A stretch of DNA of 64,000 nt, taken from the NCBI GenBank assembly GCA_965277595.1, contig CBDIDH010000002.1, positions 2,893,737 through 2,957,736 of the forward strand, read 5' to 3'. The position numbers and the translations under genes were made by a program. Under the pieces are notes generated by a model. That model saw only the letters and a program-made list of their open reading frames with translations. It did not search any database and was not told the origin of the DNA. Below are positions 55,497-64,000 of this stretch, one piece after another. The number at the start of each line of letters is the position of its first letter. Positions within the stretch are counted from its first letter, which is position 1. The stretch comes from Isosphaeraceae bacterium (GTDB taxonomy: Bacteria; Planctomycetota; Planctomycetia; Isosphaerales; Isosphaeraceae).

Positions 55497-56738
55497 ATGC
55501 GACGACGAAACCTTCTGCACCTGTTCCTCATTCTCGCGCTCGGGTTGGTTCCCTCCTCAAGTCGACTTCGCGCGGCTGAGGCTGAACCGGCGCCGGCGCC
55601 TTTGCCGGAGTTCACGCCCTGGGATGTCAAGGCTCTTGAGAAAGCACCGTCGTTCGAGTGGCTCGACCGATCGGGCAAGGTTCATGCCTTGACGTATGAG
55701 GCGGAACCCTATCAGGGGAAGAAGACCCGGGTTTTCGCCTATTACGCCTCACCGTTGACGCTGGGTGTCGAGAAAGAGCGCGGGAAACGCTTTCCCGGGA
55801 TGGTTCTTGTCCACGGCGGGGGCGGTCATGCCTTCAGCCAGTGGGCGCAACTTTATGCCGAGAAGGGTTACGCCGCGATCGCGATGGACCTGGACGGTCA
55901 GACCGGTGAAGGCGCGGCCCTGACACGATCCAAAGAGGGAGGACCGCCGCAGGACGACCGCACCAAGTTCCACCGATCCGACCTTCCCGACAGGGATCAG
56001 TGGTCCTATCACGCCGTTGCCGACGTGATTTTGGCGCATTCGCTTCTGCGCCAGTTCGAGGAGGTTGACGCCGATCGGACTGGTCTGATCGGCATCAGTT
56101 GGGGAGGCTATTTGACCTGCATCGTCGCCGGCCTTGACCAACGCTTCAAGGCCGCCTTGCCGTTGTATGGTTGTGGATTTCTACGCGATCATAGCGCCTG
56201 GACCGACTCACAGTTCGCGACGATGTCGCCGGAATGGTCGGCGCGTTGGGTCAAGCTCTGGGACCCCTCGTCCTACGTCGGGTCGGCCACCATGCCGCTT
56301 TTCTTCGTGAACGGGACGAACGACTTCGCCTATCCCCTGGACAGCCACGCGCGAACCTACGACCTCGTCCGTGGCCCGAAAAACATCCGGATCGAGGTCG
56401 GCATGAAGCACGGCCATATCTTTAACGTGAACGAGTGCTTCCTTTTCTTCAATCACCATCTCAAGGGGGAGCCCGCACTTCCCCGGGTGACGCGCCTGAA
56501 GATTGAAGGAGACGAGATCGTCGCTGACCTGGAATCTCCGACAAAGCTGGTTTCCGCCGAACTGTGTTACACGACGGGTCCGGAACGCGAGAACGGGTCG
56601 CGTTCCTGGATCAGGAAACCCCTGCGGGTGGAAGGCCAGCGAGTTTCCGGCGCTCGACCCCCCGCCGAGGCGACGGTTTCCTTCGTGACCGTGACCGACG
56701 ACCGAGGCGCGATGATCAGTAGTGAGCCAGGGCATTGA
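55497..56738 (+). CDS. exported alpha/beta hydrolase (dienelactone hydrolase / acetyl-xylan-esterase-like)
   Basis: ATG at 55497 with signal peptide MRRRNLLHLFLILALGLVP. VLVHGGGGH. Nucleophile elbow GISWGG. Confidence 0.75.
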   Translation: MRRRNLLHLFLILALGLVPSSSRLRAAEAEPAPAPLPEFTPWDVKALEKAPSFEWLDRSGKVHALTYEAEPYQGKKTRVFAYYASPLTLGVEKERGKRFPGMVLVHGGGGHAFSQWAQLYAEKGYAAIAMDLDGQTGEGAALTRSKEGGPPQDDRTKFHRSDLPDRDQWSYHAVADVILAHSLLRQFEEVDADRTGLIGISWGGYLTCIVAGLDQRFKAALPLYGCGFLRDHSAWTDSQFATMSPEWSARWVKLWDPSSYVGSATMPLFFVNGTNDFAYPLDSHARTYDLVRGPKNIRIEVGMKHGHIFNVNECFLFFNHHLKGEPALPRVTRLKIEGDEIVADLESPTKLVSAELCYTTGPERENGSRSWIRKPLRVEGQRVSGARPPAEATVSFVTVTDDRGAMISSEPGH

Positions 56739-56786
56739 CCCCGGATCGAATGCCTGAGTTCCGCCAGGGTGTGAGATCGAGGCACT

Positions 56787-58337
56787 TTAGTTTTTGTTGG
56801 CGATCGCGCGATCGAGAAGGTTGCGGGTGATCTTCCGGACGCGGTCATCAGGACCGTGGGGGCGGGTCCAGTGGGTCCAGGGTAGGGTATGACCGGGGGG
56901 AGAACTCAAGCCTTGCGACCAGAAGATCGTCGAGGCATTGAAGACGAAGTTGCCTTTCGGGCCTGGATAAATCGTGGCCGCCCAGCGCTGGGGTGTGTCG
57001 CCGCCGACGAGGGCCGTTCCCGCGCCGACGATCTCCAGGCCGGGCAGATCGGCCGGGGGATCGCCGTGGAATTCCCAGCCGATCAGGCCGGGGATGCGGT
57101 CGCCTTTTCGCATGCCGGTCCCCTGAAAGATCCAGTGATCGGGCCGGGTGCAGATCCAGTCTCCGCCGCCGTTGACCGGCTCGACGTTGCGGGCGCCCAT
57201 GAGATAACCTTCGTCCGGCCCCCGTTCGGGAAAAGGTCCGTGTTCCTTTTCGCGCTGTTGAGCATAGACGTATTGACTGCCATACGGCCCGCCGCGCGAC
57301 ATGATCCGGTTGGCTCGTCCGTCGGTCGATGGCCGCGAGGGGGTTACCCAGCAGACGGCATTGCCCGAGAGAAAGAGCAGGCTCACGCCCGAATCGCGCA
57401 GGGTGATCGCGCTTTCATACTGGCGAATATCCCAGTATTCATCGTGGCCGACGCTGATGAATGCCTTGCACTTCAAGCCACGATCGGCGCGGATCATGTC
57501 GCTATTGCCGCAATAGGTAACGTCGTAACCATGTTCTTCGAGAAAGTAGCTGAGCGGAAATTCGAAGGGCAAGAACTCACCCGATCCCACCGTGAGCGGG
57601 TCGTTCACCACCCCCTGAAACTGCGATTCGCGGCCGTAAGGGCGATCAAAACTGACGTCGGCCCAGGGGCCTTGAACGCCTTTTGGATGCGTGTAGACGG
57701 AATAATGCGTTGGCCAGCGGTTATAGGCTTGCCAGGTGTTGTCCGAGCATTGAACGAGGATATCCGCGGGCCGGTCGTCGCGGACAATGAAGATGAGGTA
57801 ACTCTGCCAGGGAGCCGTCGACTCATCGGGCGGAAGCACCGAGAGCCGTCCCAGATAGACGCCGCTCAACCAGTTTTCCGGTACGGTGAACTTGGTTGTG
57901 GCCTTCCACTGGCACTCGTGCAGGTCTCTCGGGCCGGGTTGAGGAACGGCCTGGGCCTGCCCTTCAAAAGGGCCAAGCGTGGTCAACAGCCGGGCGCCTC
58001 GACCGCCGTAATATCCCATTCGAAAGATCTCGATCTGAAACCGGCGCGGGGGATCGGTTGAGACGTTGATGTCGAAGGACTCGCCCGCCTTGACGCTTTG
58101 TTTTGAGCAATAACCCTCGATCCAGCGACTCCGAAACCCATTCAAGGAATCGAGGCGGACTCGGGTCAACTGCCAGTCGGTCGCGCCGACTTGGGCATTC
58201 TCTCGGGCGATGAGCGTTGCCTCTCGACGCGGTTCCTCGGCCCGAATGCCCGAGTTCGCAAGAAGGACCAGGAGACAGGCGGTAATCGTGGATCGGACAT
58301 TCCTTCGACGAACTGTATTCGCGTGCGTGATGTCCAT
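56787..58337 (-). CDS. N,N-dimethylformamidase beta-subunit-like (DUF6605-type) exported protein
   Basis: Signal peptide. Segments SDNTWQAYNRW and ISVGHDEYWDIRQY match my recollection of this family. Not verified by search. Confidence 0.45.
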   Translation of the reverse strand: MDITHANTVRRRNVRSTITACLLVLLANSGIRAEEPRREATLIARENAQVGATDWQLTRVRLDSLNGFRSRWIEGYCSKQSVKAGESFDINVSTDPPRRFQIEIFRMGYYGGRGARLLTTLGPFEGQAQAVPQPGPRDLHECQWKATTKFTVPENWLSGVYLGRLSVLPPDESTAPWQSYLIFIVRDDRPADILVQCSDNTWQAYNRWPTHYSVYTHPKGVQGPWADVSFDRPYGRESQFQGVVNDPLTVGSGEFLPFEFPLSYFLEEHGYDVTYCGNSDMIRADRGLKCKAFISVGHDEYWDIRQYESAITLRDSGVSLLFLSGNAVCWVTPSRPSTDGRANRIMSRGGPYGSQYVYAQQREKEHGPFPERGPDEGYLMGARNVEPVNGGGDWICTRPDHWIFQGTGMRKGDRIPGLIGWEFHGDPPADLPGLEIVGAGTALVGGDTPQRWAATIYPGPKGNFVFNASTIFWSQGLSSPPGHTLPWTHWTRPHGPDDRVRKITRNLLDRAIANKN

Positions 58338-58490
58338 GAATGGCCTCTTTGTCGGTCGTCTCGGTCGAGCCCGCGTCGTCTTGACTGAGTATCCCCGGTC
58401 GCCGGGTCGAACTCAAGGACGCCCGGCTCCCTGGATATCATCGAATCCGGAAACGATGGCGTCTTTCCAAAATGTCATGCCGTGACATGT

Positions 58491-58603
58491 CAGGAAAATC
58501 GCAAAGTCCCGATGACCGATGCCCGATGACCGATGAATTCCGCTTTTTGGCCATTGGTCATCGGCCATTGGTCATCGAAGAGACTGACTTTGCAATCCTC
58601 CTG
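58491..58603. repeat. intergenic hairpin element, GATGACC-type (copy D)
   Basis: Outer boxes CAGGAAAATCGCAAAGTC / GACTTTGCAATCCTCCTG. Inner arm CGATGACCGATGCCCGATGACCGATGAA pairs with the complement of GGCCATTGGTCATCGGCCATTGGTCATCG at about 24 of 28 positions. Confidence 0.85.
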
Positions 58604-58718
58604 CGTGGCATCTCCCCAGCCTTGACCGCGTCTCGGCACCCGGGATACGATCGCCGGAGCCAAGCGAGGCCGCGCGGAACCGACGTGGATTCCATGCCTG
58701 GAAACGGAGTTCCGCGCC

Positions 58719-60278
58719 ATGAACAAAAAAGAGGCGGACGCGTTTCCGAAGGTTGAGCGCGGTAGTTGGACGCTCTGGACTCTACTGGCGATCGGCCTCT
58801 TGACGCGACTTGCGGGGCTCGGTCAGCCGATTGTCGAGAACTACGTCGGCCGGCAGGTGCCGACGGCGATGGTCGCCCGAAACCTCGATCGGGACGGTAA
58901 TTTTCTCAAGCCCAAGCTCGACGTCGCCCCTCTGCCGAACCTCTTTCTGGTCGAGCCGCCGATCTTCGCGGGCCTGGTTGTTCTTCTTTGCCGAACCGGT
59001 CTGCCGCTTGAAGAGGCCGGGCGGATCGTCTCGGCACTGGGGATCGTATTTGGGGCCTGGGGTTTGTACGGGTTAACGGCTTGCCGAGACGGGAAAAGCG
59101 CGGGCCTGGCGGCGGTGGCGGTCTTCCTGGCCATTCCGGTCACGATCCGGTACGGCCGGGCCTTTCAGCCCGATGCGCTGATGCTCGGCTGCCTGATCGC
59201 GGGCTTGCGATGCTGGGACAGTTTTGAGCGCGTTGGTGGCGTCGGACGACTTGTCGCGGGCGTTGGCTTGATCGCGACAGGGCTGGCCTTGAAGGTGATC
59301 TCGGCGTATGTCTTGATCCCACTGGTCGCGGTTCTGATCCGAGATCGCAAGTCGTGGAAGATCGCTCTCGTCGCCGCGACCCTGATTCCCGCGGCGCTCT
59401 GGTATCTTCATGCCTGGGAGCTGATCCAGGGGGGTCAAGGTTCACGAGCCTCGGCCGATAACGGCGGGATCTGGCTCGGCCTGCTCTGGCCGAGAGCCTG
59501 GCTGAAAATGGAGACCTATCGGAACGTCGTCCGGTTTCTTGGCATCCGGGCCTTCACGCCGATCGGCCCGCCGCTGGCCCTTCTGGGGTTTCTCAAGTGG
59601 CCGAAAGAGGGTGACAGGTTCTGGCGTGTCTGGGGCGTCTCGGCCCTGGCGGGACTGGCCGTGCTGGCGGCGAAGCTGCATCATGAATACTACTGGCTGG
59701 CAGTCGCGCCGGTCGTCGCTGTGGGCCTGGCGAGGGTCTTGACCGAGCTGATCCGTGGAGGCTCAAAAGGGAAGGCCGCGCTTCTGGGTCTTGGATTTTT
59801 CGGTCTGACTGTCTTCTTTTCGATATCCACCTGGAAGACGCCGACGGAGTGGTTGACGCTGCGGGAGGCATCGGCCGAGGTCCGCGAGATCGTGCCGGTT
59901 GACGATTGGGTCGTGGCGCCCGAGGCCCTGCTCTTCGAGGCCGATCGACGCGGCTGTCGGCTCGAACTCTCGGGCGAGGCGGCCCGGCGAGCGGCGGGCG
60001 AGTGGGGAGACGCGCTCAAGGGCGACGACTCCGCCGCGCTCGTGGAATTCTATCGAGGCAAGGGGGCTCTCTACTTCGCCGACGTCCGCCCCGACCCGAT
60101 CGATCCGAGGCGTCTGGCCTTGCATCAGGCCATCAAGGGCCGATACAAGGTGCTGGTAGACCGCCCCGGGGTCTTGATCGCCCGCCTGACTGGAACTGGA
60201 AGAGAGGACCCCTCGCATGGCAGAGACCCCGGCCGAAACGCCCGCGATCACGCCACGGAAGGCCGTCACCGTCCTTGA
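58719..60278 (+). CDS. ArnT/PMT-like membrane glycosyltransferase (GT39/GT83-like)
   Basis: About 11 hydrophobic helices. The N-terminal pattern LLAIGLLTRLAGLGQP...E..VGRQVPTAMVARNL is typical of 4-amino-4-deoxy-L-arabinose-transferase-like enzymes. The 3' end overlaps the panB start by about 60 nt. Confidence 0.65.
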   Translation: MNKKEADAFPKVERGSWTLWTLLAIGLLTRLAGLGQPIVENYVGRQVPTAMVARNLDRDGNFLKPKLDVAPLPNLFLVEPPIFAGLVVLLCRTGLPLEEAGRIVSALGIVFGAWGLYGLTACRDGKSAGLAAVAVFLAIPVTIRYGRAFQPDALMLGCLIAGLRCWDSFERVGGVGRLVAGVGLIATGLALKVISAYVLIPLVAVLIRDRKSWKIALVAATLIPAALWYLHAWELIQGGQGSRASADNGGIWLGLLWPRAWLKMETYRNVVRFLGIRAFTPIGPPLALLGFLKWPKEGDRFWRVWGVSALAGLAVLAAKLHHEYYWLAVAPVVAVGLARVLTELIRGGSKGKAALLGLGFFGLTVFFSISTWKTPTEWLTLREASAEVREIVPVDDWVVAPEALLFEADRRGCRLELSGEAARRAAGEWGDALKGDDSAALVEFYRGKGALYFADVRPDPIDPRRLALHQAIKGRYKVLVDRPGVLIARLTGTGREDPSHGRDPGRNARDHATEGRHRP

Positions 60279-61044
60279 TTTCGCGCGATGGAAGACGCAA
60301 GCGAGGAAGATCAGCGTTCTGACCGCGTATGATTATACGATGGCCCGACTGCTCGACGCGGCGGGGGTTGATTGCCTGCTCGTCGGCGATACCCTGGGCA
60401 TGGTCGTTCAGGGGCGCGAGACGACCTTGCATGTCACGCTCGACCAGATGATTTATCATATCGAGATGGTCGCCCGAGCCAGCGCGCGGGCGCTGGTCGT
60501 CGGCGATTTGCCGTTTGGAAGTTATGAAATCTCGGTACAAAAGGCCGTGGAATCGGCCGTCCGGGTCATGAAGGAGACGCGGTGCCAGGCCGTGAAGCTG
60601 GAAGGGGGCCGACGCGCCTCGGCGGCGATCCGGGCGATTGTCGAGGCGGGGGTGCCGGTCATGGGCCATGTCGGCCTGACCCCGCAATCGGTCCACAAGC
60701 TCGGCGGGTACAAGGTTCAGCGCGATGCTGACTTCCTTCTCGACGAGGCTCGCGCCGTGACCGACGCCGGGGCCTTCGCCGTCGTTCTCGAATGCGTTCC
60801 GGCCGAGGTCGCATCGACGATCACCGCCGCCTTGCCGATTCCCACGATCGGTATCGGCGCTGGTCGCGGGTGCGATGGCCAGGTGCTCGTCACGCCTGAT
60901 TTGCTCGGCCTTTTCGAGGGGTTTCGCCCCAAATTCGTGCGACGCTACGCCGACCTCGCCAGCTTGATTCGCGAGGCCGCGGCGACTTATGTTCGCGATG
61001 TCGGCTCGGGGAATTATCCGGGAGACGATGAGAGTTTTCGGTAA
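60217..61044 (+). CDS. panB: 3-methyl-2-oxobutanoate hydroxymethyltransferase
   Basis: ISVLTAYDY, LLVGDTLGMVVQG, VGDLPFGSY, VKLEGG, VMGHVGLTPQS, LECVP, IPTIGIGAG..CDGQVLV. Confidence 0.94.
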   Translation: MAETPAETPAITPRKAVTVLDFARWKTQARKISVLTAYDYTMARLLDAAGVDCLLVGDTLGMVVQGRETTLHVTLDQMIYHIEMVARASARALVVGDLPFGSYEISVQKAVESAVRVMKETRCQAVKLEGGRRASAAIRAIVEAGVPVMGHVGLTPQSVHKLGGYKVQRDADFLLDEARAVTDAGAFAVVLECVPAEVASTITAALPIPTIGIGAGRGCDGQVLVTPDLLGLFEGFRPKFVRRYADLASLIREAAATYVRDVGSGNYPGDDESFR

Positions 61045-61073
61045 GGAAGAGGTCGTGAAGGTTATCTCGGTTG

Positions 61074-61160
61074 GGCAATTTGATGACCAATGACCGAGGA
61101 CCGAGGACCGAATCAATCCTGGATTTCGGTCCTCGGTCCTCGGTCATCGTGACTTTGCCA
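61074..61160. repeat. intergenic hairpin element, GACCGAG-type (copy E)
   Basis: Perfect 22-bp stem TGACCGAGGACCGAGGACCGAA (61091-61112) / TTCGGTCCTCGGTCCTCGGTCA (61125-61146). Outer GGCAA..GATGAC / GTCATC..GACTTTGCC boxes. Located between convergent panB and the FeeM-like gene. Confidence 0.88.
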
Positions 61161-61163
61161 GGC

Positions 61164-62027
61164 TCACGCATCGTCGGCTGATTCGAGCCAGCGGGGAGGG
61201 CTGCCGAGCAGCGCGACCGAGCGAAGGACTTCCTCGACGATCGGCTGACCGCCGAGATTTGCCCGATCGGCGAAGACGCGGGCGTGGTCGGGACTGCGCG
61301 GGGGTGGGGCGAGAATGGAGTCGGCAATCGGCTCGGCGAAGAACTGGTCGTGCTTGCCGGGGACGTTCGCAAGCAAGGTATTGGGATCAAAATAGTAGGC
61401 CTCGGCGGGGTGGTCGTTGACCGACGGATAGGACTGTCGCGAGCCGACCTGAATGGCGCCCATGACCTTCCGGTAAAAACCGGCATGGCGGGGGTTCACG
61501 GTCAAGGCCCAGGTATCGCCCCCCTGGCGAAGATGGTACTGGAGCATGAACCGGATCAGGGCCATGAAGACCGGGAGAAACTCGCGCGGGGACAGGTCGC
61601 GATCGGCGAGACTGGTGACCTCGCCGAGTCGTCGCCCCTCGCGGCGGAGCGAGTCGACCTCGGGAGCAAAAATCGATTCCATCGGCAGGCCGAGAAGCCG
61701 GGTATCGGCGACGAGCGAGAAGGTGGCGACGATGCGGGCGCCGTCTTTGGCCACGAAGGTGGTTGTGCTCGGAAGGATGTGAAACGGGGTGAACCGGCAA
61801 AGGGGGGCGTCGGGACTATCGTAGCCGCGAGTCTGATAATTGATGGCGAGCAAGGCGAAGGCTTGCTCATAATCCGAACTGTTCCGGGCCATCCCAACCT
61901 CGATCGGTCGACCGGGGATCGCAACGGTGATGGACCGGGGGGTCAGGTCGACGCCGGGAAGAATCGAAGCGCGAACGGTCTCGCTGTCGGACGCGTCAAG
62001 CGCCCGGGCAACCGGGGAATCTGTCAT
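61164..62027 (-). CDS. FeeM-like N-acyl amino acid synthase / GNAT-fold acyltransferase
   Basis: ATG at 62027. SDYEQAFALLAINYQTRGY, TTFVAKDGARIVATFSLVADTRLLGLPMESIF, REGRRLGEVTSLA and a RFMLQY helix resemble the FeeM/autoinducer-synthase-like fold family. Not verified. Confidence 0.5.
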   Translation of the reverse strand: MTDSPVARALDASDSETVRASILPGVDLTPRSITVAIPGRPIEVGMARNSSDYEQAFALLAINYQTRGYDSPDAPLCRFTPFHILPSTTTFVAKDGARIVATFSLVADTRLLGLPMESIFAPEVDSLRREGRRLGEVTSLADRDLSPREFLPVFMALIRFMLQYHLRQGGDTWALTVNPRHAGFYRKVMGAIQVGSRQSYPSVNDHPAEAYYFDPNTLLANVPGKHDQFFAEPIADSILAPPPRSPDHARVFADRANLGGQPIVEEVLRSVALLGSPPRWLESADDA

Positions 62028-62308
62028 CGTATTGGAGCCGCTTTCGAGGGGAGCGCTTTTCTTGCGCGGGGAGGCCGACGGCCGTCGTCGGCATCCGTCC
62101 CGGAGCATGGTGGGCGTTCTTGAGATCAGGCTCGCGGAAGGACTTGATCAGAGCCAAAACGTTTCGACCGGCCTGGTCGGTCTCGGGTCTCTTGATTCCG
62201 CGGCGTCTTCCGCCCACACCCGAAGCCTAGGCCCGAGCCGAACGGTGGTCAAACCTGTTCGTGACCGGGGTGATGATCAGAAACCCCCAGAGCCGTCGGC
62301 CGCGATCC

Positions 62309-62791
62309 TCAGCGCGTTGAGGGGGTCTTCGGGCCAGGGTCGCGGGGCGACGGGGGCAAAGTCGCGGGGCCGTCAATAATCGCGGTGAAAAGGCGGACGG
62401 GGCAGCGTGTCGAAAAGGAGAGGCGGACCAGCGATTTCTTCTGTCGGCCGGGCTGAACGGCGACAATCTCGGCCTCGACGCTCTCAATGGTCGTCGGGCC
62501 GCCGAGGCTGAAAAAGAGGGGGCAATCGCGGGGCGGAAGGCGGTCAACTTCCACCGCGGCGCCGAACTCGCCGACGTCGAGAAGTCGGGCCTCGGCCTCG
62601 TGGAAATCGCCTTCGGCCCACCAGCCGATCCAGCCGCGCGGATCAAGAGCCGTGAACCGAGGCACGGCGCGACGCTCGGTCGGTCCCGTGGGCCGGAGCG
62701 CCGACGGAAACGTGCGATCAAGGCCCTTGCGGGGCCGTTCGAACGCGGTCAAGGGTTCGGTTCTTTCCCGCCCCTCATACTCTTCGGACAT
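62309..62791 (-). CDS. PilZ-like domain protein
   Basis: RRAVPR (RxxxR) followed about 30 aa later by DVGEFGAAV (a D-x-S/G-x-x-G variant), then a beta-barrel-like alternation. Confidence 0.45.
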   Translation of the reverse strand: MSEEYEGRERTEPLTAFERPRKGLDRTFPSALRPTGPTERRAVPRFTALDPRGWIGWWAEGDFHEAEARLLDVGEFGAAVEVDRLPPRDCPLFFSLGGPTTIESVEAEIVAVQPGRQKKSLVRLSFSTRCPVRLFTAIIDGPATLPPSPRDPGPKTPSTR

Positions 62792-62878
62792 CCGCCAGTC
62801 CTCGCAAATCGCCTGTACGACGTCGTACCCGACGAAATCATCGTAGCCCCGAGCTAATCGGCTGCCATCCTTGCTCCT

Positions 62879-64000
62879 TTAGATTTTATCGAGGTTGTTG
62901 CCTTCTGGCGACATCGGGGCGTGTGACAGCCTGGCTTCGCGGCGTAGATCGGCCACGACTTGCCAGAAAAGTCCAAGAGCCAGCCACATGTGACAACCGA
63001 CCCCCCGCGCGTCGGGTCGCGCCGTGACAATCAACGACGCCGCGGCCGTGACGGCAAGCAGCAAGGGGCGTTGATTGAGAAAGAGCGCCGCGGGAAGCAT
63101 CCAGAGAAAGTAATGGTTCCAGCAGATCGGCGTGGCCGCGAGCATGAAAATCGAGGTCAAGGCAAAGATCGCCAGCCACCCTCGGCCCGGTTCAACCCGC
63201 TCCGCCTGACCGACCGAAATCAGCCAGCCCACGGCCAGGATCACCAAAATCAGCCACCAGGTCATCCAGATCCAGTTCAAGGGAAGACGCGTCAGCGAGA
63301 TCGAGGTCCAGTCGCGCTTGCTCGACGGCGGAAGATCGCCGAAGGTTCGCGCCAGAACAATCGGCAGGCTCTCGTTGTTGGGCCGGAGATCGGTCCCGCG
63401 ATCGACGAGATGCCACGGTTTTTCACGACGGCTGACCCAGTCCGCCTGCGCCCGGACCTCCGCCAGGGCGGGGCGCCAGCCGACCGCCGCGACGACCAGC
63501 GTCAGGCCAAGGACAACCGTCAAGGCCATGCCCCCAAGCACGTCACCCGATCGCCTGCGGGCAAGCATCGTTCCCCAGTGCGCGATCGGCAAAATTTTGA
63601 TCAGCCCGGCCATTCCCACGAGGCTGGCGCCGGTCAGGCCACGCCCCTGCTTCGCGGCGAGCAGACCCGCCGAGACCAGGAAAATGTTGATCGGGTCACT
63701 CTGGCCGAGAATCAGGGCATCAACAAAAAAAGGCGTCACCAGCAGCCAGGGCAAGACTTGCCGGATCGGCCGGACATGGCAGAGTTTCCGCAAAATTCCC
63801 GGCAAGGCGATCACGGCGGCGATCGAGAGGGTCGCCCAGACGGCGACGGCCACGCCGAGCGGCAGGCTCGACAGCGGCGCGAGCAGGACGTGAAAGGTGA
63901 TCGGATACCTTGGCTGCGCCCGAACGTGCAAGGCGCCGGTCGTCCAGAGCAACCGCGCCGCTCCATAGGGATATTTGAAGTCGCTTCCTCGATTCGCGCC
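62879..64000 (-). CDS. GT87/DUF2029-like membrane glycosyltransferase (5' end beyond window)
   Basis: Polytopic membrane protein. The frame stays open upstream of the TTG at 63952 (…DFKYPYGAARLLWTT…) to the window edge. ILGQSDPINIFLV and GLIKILP resemble DUF2029/GT87. Confidence 0.55.
   Translation of the reverse strand, partial: GANRGSDFKYPYGAARLLWTTGALHVRAQPRYPITFHVLLAPLSSLPLGVAVAVWATLSIAAVIALPGILRKLCHVRPIRQVLPWLLVTPFFVDALILGQSDPINIFLVSAGLLAAKQGRGLTGASLVGMAGLIKILPIAHWGTMLARRRSGDVLGGMALTVVLGLTLVVAAVGWRPALAEVRAQADWVSRREKPWHLVDRGTDLRPNNESLPIVLARTFGDLPPSSKRDWTSISLTRLPLNWIWMTWWLILVILAVGWLISVGQAERVEPGRGWLAIFALTSIFMLAATPICWNHYFLWMLPAALFLNQRPLLLAVTAAASLIVTARPDARGVGCHMWLALGLFWQVVADLRREARLSHAPMSPEGNNLDKI

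Noticed and set aside
58472-58488. Palindrome ATGTCA-N5-TGACAT in the divergent promoter region next to hairpin D
   Set aside because: A single 6-bp inverted repeat in a ~380-bp gap is only marginally unexpected. There is no second copy and no nearby regulator to assign it to.
1-64000. Search for prophage, IS/transposase, integrase, toxin-antitoxin, restriction-modification or CRISPR-Cas content
   Set aside because: No translated ORF showed recombinase, nuclease, Cas or capsid motifs. Apart from short AT-richer intergenic patches the composition looks uniform, so the window appears to be core chromosome rather than a mobile island.

Overview
Visibly GC-rich chromosomal segment with high coding density. 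All family calls come from reading the supplied translations by eye; no BLAST or HMM search was run. From gene content I infer a Planctomycetota, Isosphaeraceae-like source: many Gfo/Idh/MocA oxidoreductases including a Tat-signal one, DUF1571, a PEP-CTERM protein, a Ser/Thr kinase next to an ECF-type sigma factor, a MoxR/DUF58 operon, and giant low-complexity exported proteins.

Housekeeping genes recognised: purH, purN, ileS, mfd, panB, a purine nucleoside phosphorylase, a rimI-like GNAT and a partial IDH/IPMDH-family gene. These are interspersed with lineage-specific envelope, secreted and regulatory genes. I found no rRNA, tRNA, CRISPR array, transposase, integrase or recognisable defence island.

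Observations most worth follow-up:
1. An ECF sigma gene divergent from an operon of two small exported proteins (one a 36-aa Cys-rich mature peptide) followed by a TPR Ser/Thr kinase, with a SigW-like promoter motif in the divergent gap.
2. Two paralogous ~95-aa CCCH-motif proteins of a family I do not recognise.
3. An ~850-aa exported Gly/Tyr/His low-complexity protein behind a near-consensus sigma-54 promoter and a leader terminator.
4. A fliW-csrA pair plus a second orphan csrA, with no flagellar genes nearby.
5. A family of five intergenic hairpin elements whose arms are short tandem repeats; one copy carries seven G3 tracts.
6. A translationally coupled seven-gene RDD-SpoIIM-DUF4129-DUF4350-MoxR-DUF58 operon.

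Many long ORFs in the six-frame track are antisense or alternate-frame shadows typical of high-GC DNA and were rejected.
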